DNA of 35,887 nt, taken from NCBI GenBank assembly GCA_041662805.1, contig JBAZRU010000001.1, positions 1 through 35,887 of the forward strand, given 5' to 3'. This document shows positions 10,427 through 16,921 of this stretch, piece by piece. Under the pieces are notes generated by a model. The model saw only the letters and a list, made by a program, of their open reading frames with translations. It was not told the origin of the DNA and made no database searches. Numbering within the stretch: position 1 is the first letter of the stretch; every line of letters starts with the position of its first letter. The translations under genes and the position numbers were made by a program. This DNA comes from Candidatus Hydrogenedentales bacterium. GTDB taxonomy: Bacteria; Hydrogenedentota; Hydrogenedentia; Hydrogenedentales; SLHB01.

Positions 10427-10765
10427 ATGAAACGCATTTTGTTCGCCTTTGTGACCGCTACCTCGTTGATTGCCCTTGGATGCGTCATCACGACCAAGCA
10501 CAAGATCGACGCGCACGTCGTCTTGATATCCGCCATATTCAGCAGCAAGCCGATGGCGTGCTGGACTACATCGACGGCAAGTCCGACGATTTGCCTGTCC
10601 CCGCGGAAAAGAGCAGCCTGGAACGCCCCGGCTGGATGGACCGGCTTCAGTATGCGTTTTTGCCCATCGTCCCGGCGTATGCGGCTGAACTCAACGAATC
10701 GACGCCGCGTATCAAGGAACTGGCCGACAAGATGCGCGAGCGCCAACCCAAGCTCAATGAACTGA
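10427..10765 (+). CDS. YnbE-like small lipoprotein start. Only about the first 33 codons look genuine, after which the frame appears disrupted
   Basis: A strong RBS GAGGAGGAAGG lies at 10412-10422. The signal peptide plus lipobox reads MKRILFAFVTATSLIALG|C, followed by VITTKHKIDAHVVL, which resembles the YnbE-family core. After about nt 10525 this frame turns into R/S/P/C/W-rich out-of-frame-looking sequence, while the similarity continues in the other frame. Confidence 0.45.
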   Translation: MKRILFAFVTATSLIALGCVITTKHKIDAHVVLISAIFSSKPMACWTTSTASPTICLSPRKRAAWNAPAGWTGFSMRFCPSSRRMRLNSTNRRRVSRNWPTRCASANPSSMN

Positions 10766-11109
10766 AGAAGGCAGGCGCGATCGGCGAAGACAATCGCGGG
10801 TATGCGGCCATGCGCGAGAGCGAGGGGCTTTCCGCCGAAAAGAAAAACGAAGCGCAACAGCTTATGTCCGCCGAGAACGACGACCGCAAGGCGCTCTATC
10901 GCGAGATAGCCCGTGCGAATGCCGATGCTGGCGCCACGTTGACCGTCGTGGAGCGCGTCTACGCCCAGCGCCGCCTTATGCGCGCCGAGGCAGGCGAGGT
11001 TGTCCAACTCCCAGCGGCTGGCGAAGACTTCGACAAGTTCAAGGCAAGCGCCGCGGGCAAGAAGCTTGGCGATGCGTGCAAACCCGGCGAGTGGGTTACG
11101 TTGAAGTAG
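10480..11109 (+). CDS. YdbL-like DUF1318 periplasmic protein (start uncertain)
   Basis: The DUF1318-like pattern is present: ELNESTPRIKELADKMRERQPKLNELKKAGAIGEDNRGY ... SAENDDRKALYREIA ... GEWVTLK. The first 15 listed codons look non-coding. The real start is either ATG 10636 (MDRLQYAFLPIVPAYA|AE, a short signal-peptide-like N-terminus) or a fusion to the lipoprotein start through a 1-nt frame change near 10525. Confidence 0.7.
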   Translation: MRHHDQAQDRRARRLDIRHIQQQADGVLDYIDGKSDDLPVPAEKSSLERPGWMDRLQYAFLPIVPAYAAELNESTPRIKELADKMRERQPKLNELKKAGAIGEDNRGYAAMRESEGLSAEKKNEAQQLMSAENDDRKALYREIARANADAGATLTVVERVYAQRRLMRAEAGEVVQLPAAGEDFDKFKASAAGKKLGDACKPGEWVTLK

Positions 11110-11263
11110 CAGGACGGGTTCTACGAGAAATCGACGCTCCCAATATTGCCACATCCCTGTAAGCGATATTCCGCGTGCCGGAATTGCAGGAGGCGTGTTA
11201 CAATGCGCGTTGTCTTTTGCAACGCACATTAGGCAACTTGGCAGGACCGCGGAACCACCATCG

Positions 11264-12136
11264 ATGCGTGCGCGAATCGGCATTGCACTTCTGTCTTTGA
11301 CCCTCGCCTCATGCCTGTCCGGCTGTGGGCGCGACGATGCGCCCTCCAAAGCAGTCGTGTACGCGGCAAAGGAAGAGGTGAAGGGGCCCGACGCTGTGCG
11401 CGAGTTGAACCAGGCTCTCGCGCGCATGAGTGCGGAAACGCCCCGCGAATTGCCACCGCCGCTCGACATTCCCGAGCGTGAGGAATCGCCGGAGCCTCCC
11501 CGCCCCCCTGCGTCCATTGAGGAACTCGGCAAAGAAGTCACTGCGCTGCGCTCGGAGATGCGCCAGCTGCAAGATTCCGTCAACGAAACGCTCGACCTTC
11601 TAGTCGCCGATCTGCACAACGAGAACCAGAGGCTTCGTCAGGAAGTGGCGCGGCTTTCGAGTGCGCTGCCCGAGGAAGCCCGAATCGAACGGGGCGCTAT
11701 TCCGATGCCGGGCGGCGATATCGTGGCGGAAGTTGAGAAGGCGGCTGTCGGCGCATCCGTCGAACCGCCCGCTCCGCAACTTGCCCCCGACGGAACTCCC
11801 TCGACGCAGGTTCTGAAGGAATGGGGCCGAACCGCCGAGGAAGCGCGTGCAATCGGGCCGAATGTGTCGTCGCTGAAAGGGATGATACTCGCGGCCCCCG
11901 CGCAATTGACCGACGATCAATTGGCGGCGCTTGGCCGAAAACTCTACGGCGAATACGCAGCCTATGACGCTATCGTGATTGACGTGTTTGACGATGTCGC
12001 CGCGGCGCGCGACTACGCCGAGCGCAACGTCAAGTCCAGCGCTCAACATGTTCTGAGGATCTCGAAGCACCGAGAATCCAATGACGACCCCATTTTGCTG
12101 ACACGTGGCGGGAAGAACATTCCCATTCCCCAATAA
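11264..12136 (+). CDS. Hypothetical lipoprotein with a central coiled-coil segment
   Basis: Start chosen at ATG 11264. MRARIGIALLSLTLASCLSGC gives a signal peptide with a lipobox. A heptad-like segment follows (IEELGKEVTALRSEMRQLQDSVNETLDLLVADLHNENQRLRQEVARL). I recognise no family for the C-terminal domain. Confidence 0.6.
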   Translation: MRARIGIALLSLTLASCLSGCGRDDAPSKAVVYAAKEEVKGPDAVRELNQALARMSAETPRELPPPLDIPEREESPEPPRPPASIEELGKEVTALRSEMRQLQDSVNETLDLLVADLHNENQRLRQEVARLSSALPEEARIERGAIPMPGGDIVAEVEKAAVGASVEPPAPQLAPDGTPSTQVLKEWGRTAEEARAIGPNVSSLKGMILAAPAQLTDDQLAALGRKLYGEYAAYDAIVIDVFDDVAAARDYAERNVKSSAQHVLRISKHRESNDDPILLTRGGKNIPIPQ

Positions 12137-12150
12137 GCGCGAGGATTTGC

Positions 12151-13788
12151 ATGCCCTTCTCATCGCTCTCCCGCAACGTCGATCCTGCGTGCCGGAGAAT
12201 CGTGCCGCTTGTCGCTATTGCGCTCGCGGTCATCGTCAGCCATTCGGGATGTTCTCCTTGGAGGCCGTCGGCGAAACCGCTCACAACTGGGCAACTGATC
12301 TCCCTGATGCCTGACCAATGCTCGACAGCGCTCGTGTTCCCTTCGTTCGATGGGGCATATCAGGCCTTGCTATTGCTTCTTGATCGCGCCGCGCCCGAGA
12401 ACGTGGATATCAACGTCGAAGCTCAGGTGCTTGCGCGCCCTCTCGCGACCTTGGCCGGTGAGTCCGGCGCGACAGACATCATCGATATCGCGATGGGGAA
12501 AGGCGTCGATCCCGCCTTGCCGCTTACGATCTTCCTTGCCCCGGGGCAGGCGACAGCGCCAGAGACTCCAGAACCGGCGGTCACCCCGGATTCCATGATC
12601 AATCCCGCCGCGCTGTTCACGCGAATAAACGACCGAATGTTGTTTGTCGCCGTGCTGCCGCGTTACAGCCAAAAGTTCATGGAGCAAGCCGTTGCGGACT
12701 GGTCGAAGGGAAAGGCCGTTCGCCAAGAGCCGCTCGCGGGCAATGCAGCACCGTTGCAGGTGCGTGAGGACGGGCGCCTGTGTTGGTATTTCACGCCGGA
12801 GGGTTTGGTAGCTGGCAATTCCGTTGAACTCGCAAAGGCCGTGGCCGCGCGTGCGCAGCAGCCCGCGGCAATCGCATACAACGCAGCCGATGTAGAGAAA
12901 GCGGACCTCATTCAAATCGTGCGCGGCGCGGCTTCAGCGTTAACGGATTCCACTCAGGAGGAGTCTGGTCCATTGGCCCTTGTTTCGCGCATGTTCTCCG
13001 CGTTGCTGGCGGCGCCGGACCCGGCCACTCCGTCTGTCGTTGCATGGCGCATCGGAGAGACTTCGCTGGAAGCGACGGTGCGCCGTCCGGAAAGCAAGGA
13101 AAAGGCTGCGGCGCTGCAACTAGCGCCCTTGTTGCCGACAAGCGCAACCGGGTTCGCGGCACTGTCGATGACGGACGCAGGCAAGTCGCTTATGCAAGAA
13201 CTTGTCGGCAGCTTGGGTGTGCAACAGTCTCTGCCAGGCGATGCGCGCAGCATGCTTGAATCCTTGGACGGCGAGTTGGCCGTCGCCGCGACGAAGGGCA
13301 GTCCCGGCAGGCCGAACATCGTATTGCTTGCGCACATTGGCGAAGGGCAGGCCCGCGAGACACTCAAGAGCGCGGCCTCCGCGTTGGCTGTCGAGAACTA
13401 CAACGGCGTGAGCATCGTATCGATCCCGATCCCCGGAGGCACGAATTATCAAGTGCAGTATGCGCTCGTCGGCGACGTTCTCGCCGTCGCCACCGAAATG
13501 GGCGACGTGAAGACCGCAGTCGACCGCATCCAAAGCGGCAAGCCCTCGGGCCTGTTTGCGAGCCTTGCGCCGCCGCTCGATCCCGCCGCGCCTCCCCGAA
13601 TGGCGATAGTCGCGAATGCGTCGTTCGTTTCGGAGACTTTTGCGCCGCTGCTCGCGAATCGTGGCGTACTTCCCTTCGAGCGCGCGGAAACCGCGGCAAA
13701 GGCGCTGGCAAAGGTCAGCGAGTTCCGAGTGACGACCGTCGCGGAAGGCAGCGATGAGGTAACCCGCTTGACACTTCATGTGCAGTGA
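12151..13788 (+). CDS. Hypothetical exported or membrane-anchored protein (possibly DUF3352-like)
   Basis: 545-aa ORF with a GAGGA RBS. The N-terminal hydrophobic segment IVPLVAIALAVIV is followed by SHSGC, a non-canonical lipobox. The coding-like composition holds throughout. The family assignment is from memory and weak. Confidence 0.55.
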   Translation: MPFSSLSRNVDPACRRIVPLVAIALAVIVSHSGCSPWRPSAKPLTTGQLISLMPDQCSTALVFPSFDGAYQALLLLLDRAAPENVDINVEAQVLARPLATLAGESGATDIIDIAMGKGVDPALPLTIFLAPGQATAPETPEPAVTPDSMINPAALFTRINDRMLFVAVLPRYSQKFMEQAVADWSKGKAVRQEPLAGNAAPLQVREDGRLCWYFTPEGLVAGNSVELAKAVAARAQQPAAIAYNAADVEKADLIQIVRGAASALTDSTQEESGPLALVSRMFSALLAAPDPATPSVVAWRIGETSLEATVRRPESKEKAAALQLAPLLPTSATGFAALSMTDAGKSLMQELVGSLGVQQSLPGDARSMLESLDGELAVAATKGSPGRPNIVLLAHIGEGQARETLKSAASALAVENYNGVSIVSIPIPGGTNYQVQYALVGDVLAVATEMGDVKTAVDRIQSGKPSGLFASLAPPLDPAAPPRMAIVANASFVSETFAPLLANRGVLPFERAETAAKALAKVSEFRVTTVAEGSDEVTRLTLHVQ

Positions 13789-13821
13789 ATTCGACCCTAA
13801 CGAGGCAGAAGCGAGGTTGAA

Positions 13822-14463
13822 ATGGTTTTCGATATCGATCTGACGAAGTACAAGCTCGTGGACTTGTCGTGGGAAGTGACGCCCAACGCGATGCCGCCTG
13901 ATCGCCCTTTCGATACGCGCGAAGGGCGGCTGGGCGACGGCACGCTCAAGTACGAAATTACCAATACGCACACGCACGTCGGCACGCACGTCGAGTCGCC
14001 GCTTCACTTCTATTTCAAAGGGAACACATGCACGGATTACCCGCTCGACAAGTTCATGGGCAAGGCGACTCTCGTGACGACGGATATCCCGGACTGCGCG
14101 CCGTCGGTGTCGCTTGAGCACGTCAAGAAGCAGTTGGAACCCCGTCGCGGCGCCTTCGAGATTGTGTACGTGCGCAACGACACGCCGCGACGTCCGCTAT
14201 ACGTCGACATCGAGTGTGTGCCGTATTTCGCCGAACTCAATTTGAAGTTGTTTGCGTTCGACAGCACGATCGGCATCGGGCGCACGCCGGAAGACGGGCG
14301 CACGTTTCACGACCTGCTGCTTAGCCGAGACACGTTGCTGGTCGAATTTCCCGCAAACGGACAAGCGATTGACCGCGATTTGTTTTACCTCTTCGCCATG
14401 CCGTTGCGAATCAAGGACCTCGACTCCAGCGCGTGTCGGCTTTTTGCAGTCGTGGAGCGGTGA
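13822..14463 (+). CDS. Cyclase-family protein (kynurenine formamidase-like metal hydrolase fold)
   Basis: 213 aa. The motif NTHTHVGTHVESPLHF matches the putative-cyclase HxGTHxDxPxH signature. A GAGG RBS is present. Confidence 0.6.
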   Translation: MVFDIDLTKYKLVDLSWEVTPNAMPPDRPFDTREGRLGDGTLKYEITNTHTHVGTHVESPLHFYFKGNTCTDYPLDKFMGKATLVTTDIPDCAPSVSLEHVKKQLEPRRGAFEIVYVRNDTPRRPLYVDIECVPYFAELNLKLFAFDSTIGIGRTPEDGRTFHDLLLSRDTLLVEFPANGQAIDRDLFYLFAMPLRIKDLDSSACRLFAVVER

Positions 14464-14484
14464 GCTTACTGCAATCGAAGCGCC

Positions 14485-14685
14485 TGGCCTCTGCGCCAGA
14501 CGTGTTTGACTTACCCACAGACGACGGTCACCCCGCCTGCCACGGAGGGCAGGCGCTACAAACGCAGTGCGGATGCAGGTTACCCCGCTATGGCCTCTGC
14601 GCCAGACGTGTTCGACTTACCCACAGACTACGGTCACCCCGCCTGCCACGGAGGGCAGGCGCTACAAACGCAGTGTGGATGCAGG
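14485..14685. repeat. Tandem direct repeat: two 95-bp units (14485-14579 and 14591-14685, 106-bp period, 3 mismatches), each with a GC-rich hairpin. REP-like
   Basis: Aligned by eye. Each unit contains cgcctgcc-acggag-ggcaggcg (8-bp perfect stem at 14534-14555 and 14640-14661), followed on the + strand by ctac (GTAG on the - strand, directly next to the palindrome). The repeat sits between convergent genes. Confidence 0.85.
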
Positions 14686-15795
14686 CAGCGCCTTTTCGTA
14701 GCCTTTCATCGCGGCTTTTGCCATGGCTTCTCGCGTGAAGTGTGCGGCGCGGATGGGACCTGCTACCTTCAACGACTCGCGCAGCGCTACGTTCGTGAGT
14801 ATGCGGTAGAGTCCGTCTTCGAGCGCATCGACGCTGAGCGCGTCGACACACAATGCGGCGTCGCCGGCCACTTCTTGGATTGCGGCGGCGCGGGAGGCCA
14901 GCACGGGAGTGCCGCAGGCCATGGCTTCCAGCACGGGCAATCCGAAGCCTTCGTACACGGACACGTAGGCGAACGCCGACGCGGCAGCCATCAATGCAGG
15001 CAAATCGCCGGCATCGACATACCCCGTGAAGCGCAGACGGTCACCAAGCTGCAACGCCTCGACGGGCTTCAATACGTCATCGGCCAACCAGGTGTGCTTG
15101 CCTGCAATTACAAGCGCATGCGGCAGTCCGCGATCGTTCAATCGTGCAAACGCCTCAGCCAACCGCACGAGATTCTTGCGCGGCTGCACCGCTCCCACAT
15201 ACAGAATGTAATCCTCCGGCAATCCGTACTTGGCGCGGACGGCTTCAAGCGCCTCGGGTACATGCCGTACGAAATAGCGGGGGTCCACGCCGGGCGCAAC
15301 GACATCGATCTTTTCGATGGACGTGCCGTAGGTTTCCGCGATCTCGCGGCGGATGGCTTCCGTGAGCGTGAAGACGCGCGCGGCGCGGCGTAGCGTGCCC
15401 GGCGTCAATGCCGCGAGCCGTCCGCGCATCGCGGGCGGGAATAGCTCCGGGTAATGCACCCAGCCGATGTCGTGAATGCTGGCCACATAGGGGCGCGGGC
15501 AATAGGGCGGTGCGTTGTATTGCGCGTGCAGCAGGTCGCATCGCGCGCGCACCGCGGCTACGGGCAATTGCAGTGGCACGCGCAAAAACGACGGCACGTT
15601 GACGAGGCCGTACGGCTTGACCCGCGAGACTCCGGCGACGTGCGCGCCGCGGTGCATGAGAGCAACCACGTCGAGCGTTGGCGCGTGCGCGTCGAGCGCA
15701 AGCAATAGCTCGCGCACATAGGTCTCGTTACCCCCCGCGCCCGTCCCAATTGCATGGGCGTCAATGGCGACGCGCATAGGCTTCCATCGCCTCAT
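14662..15795 (-). CDS. Glycosyltransferase, GT4 family
   Basis: 377 aa with the motif YEGFGLPVLEAMACGTPVLASRAAAIQEVAGDAALCVD. An alternative start is ATG 15777 (MRVAIDAHAIG...). The stop codon and last seven codons lie inside repeat copy 2. Confidence 0.85.
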   Translation of the reverse strand: MRRWKPMRVAIDAHAIGTGAGGNETYVRELLLALDAHAPTLDVVALMHRGAHVAGVSRVKPYGLVNVPSFLRVPLQLPVAAVRARCDLLHAQYNAPPYCPRPYVASIHDIGWVHYPELFPPAMRGRLAALTPGTLRRAARVFTLTEAIRREIAETYGTSIEKIDVVAPGVDPRYFVRHVPEALEAVRAKYGLPEDYILYVGAVQPRKNLVRLAEAFARLNDRGLPHALVIAGKHTWLADDVLKPVEALQLGDRLRFTGYVDAGDLPALMAAASAFAYVSVYEGFGLPVLEAMACGTPVLASRAAAIQEVAGDAALCVDALSVDALEDGLYRILTNVALRESLKVAGPIRAAHFTREAMAKAAMKGYEKALPASTLRL

Positions 15796-16921
15796 CGTAG
15801 GTGGCGCACACCTGCTCGATCATGCGCTCCAACGTGAACGTCTTGTCGAACCAAGCCTGCGCCGCCGCCCCCATGGCTTGCCTGCGCGACGCGTTGCCTA
15901 AGAGATCGCCCAACGCCACTTCGAGCGCGCGGGCGCTCGCAGGCTTAACAAGTAGCCCGGTTTCGCCGGGGATGAGCGTCTCGCTGGTTCCGCCGATATC
16001 GGATGCGACAATTGGCAATCCGACCGACTCCGCTTCAAGTACCGAAGTTGGCAGTCCCTCTCGCTCGATTGAAGGCTGGGCGAAGATGTCTATCGAGGCA
16101 AGCGCCGCCGGCAAGTCTTCGCAGAAGCCCGTCATGGTCACGTGCGACTCCAAGCCCAGGCGTTTCACCTGCGCTTCCAGATCGGCCTTGGCCGGACCAT
16201 TTCCGACGATAAGGAAATGCGCTTTGGGGTGCGCGCGCACGAGGTTCACGGCGGCATCGAGCAAATAGCGGTGGCCCTTCTCGACGGACACGCGGCTCAC
16301 GGTGCCCACGACGACGGCGTCGTCTGGAAGGCCCAGCTTTCGCCGCGCCTCGCCGCGGTCGCCCGCGAAGCGAAGCGGGGACGGGTCGAACCCCGTGGGA
16401 ATGACGCGAATGCGCGCCTCCGGCGTGGGCCCGCGCAGGATTCGCTTCTTCATGTTGTGGGAAACGGTGATGACCCGGTCGAAATTCTTGAGCGACAAAT
16501 AGCATTCGGCGCACTGATTTACGAACCGGCGAAACGGGATGACGCCGTCCCACCACCCGTAAGAACTGGCCACGCATGCGCACGGCCAACGGTCGCGCCC
16601 AATGCCGATCATCACGTTTGAGTGCGGGTCGTGCGTGTGCAGCAGATCGATGTCGTACTTCTCGATGAGCGCGTTGACGGCGTCGCGTGCGCGACCCCAA
16701 TCGCGCCGCGAACGCCACGGCACTCGATCCTCCGCGATAGTGAGTCCGCGTTTTTCGGCTTGTGCGATGAAGAGGCGGTCGCCCTCGGTGAAGGCGTCGT
16801 AGGGCACGCACACGATGGCGTAGCGCTCGGCGGGCAGGTGCTGCATCAAATGCAGCATGATCGAGTGCGATCCCCCAAACTCCCAACACCGTATCAAGTA
16901 CAGAATGTTGAGACGCTTCAC
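15761..16921 (-). CDS. Glycosyltransferase, GT4 family
   Basis: The listed 512-aa ORF is over-extended. Its first 126 residues are Arg-rich and overlap the upstream gene. GTG at 16921 (VKRLNILYLIRCWEFGG...) overlaps the upstream TGA as GTGA. The GT4 motif is EREGLPTSVLEAESVGLPIVASDIGGTSETLIPGETGLLV. Confidence 0.8.
   Translation of the reverse strand: MKRLNILYLIRCWEFGGSHSIMLHLMQHLPAERYAIVCVPYDAFTEGDRLFIAQAEKRGLTIAEDRVPWRSRRDWGRARDAVNALIEKYDIDLLHTHDPHSNVMIGIGRDRWPCACVASSYGWWDGVIPFRRFVNQCAECYLSLKNFDRVITVSHNMKKRILRGPTPEARIRVIPTGFDPSPLRFAGDRGEARRKLGLPDDAVVVGTVSRVSVEKGHRYLLDAAVNLVRAHPKAHFLIVGNGPAKADLEAQVKRLGLESHVTMTGFCEDLPAALASIDIFAQPSIEREGLPTSVLEAESVGLPIVASDIGGTSETLIPGETGLLVKPASARALEVALGDLLGNASRRQAMGAAAQAWFDKTFTLERMIEQVCATYDEAMEAYARRH

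Noticed and set aside
10515-10535. Programmed -1 ribosomal frameshift as the explanation for the ynbE/ydbL frame break
   Set aside because: There is no X-XXY-YYZ slippery heptamer at cgtcgtcttgatatc and no obvious downstream pseudoknot or hairpin. A simple 1-nt indel, whether real or an assembly artefact, is more parsimonious.
10186-11619. 477-aa minus-strand ORF spanning the ydbH 3' end, the ydbL-like gene and the next lipoprotein start
   Set aside because: It is antisense to several ORFs with clear family motifs. Its Arg/Ser/Ala-rich, low-complexity composition is typical of shadow ORFs in GC-rich DNA, and it has no recognisable motif.
14485-14685. CRISPR array or integron attC as the interpretation of the tandem repeat
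   Set aside because: There are only two copies. The 95-bp units are separated by an 11-bp spacer rather than unique spacers of about 30 bp. No cas or intI genes are present, and no RYYYAAC/GTTRRRY core sites are visible.
14433-15393. Plus-strand ORFs 14433-14738 and 14506-15393 with the duplicated peptide ASAPDVFDLPTD.GHPACHGGQALQTQCGCR
   Set aside because: The duplicated peptide is simply the translation of the tandem DNA repeat. The remainder is antisense to the GT4 gene. They are not credible genes.
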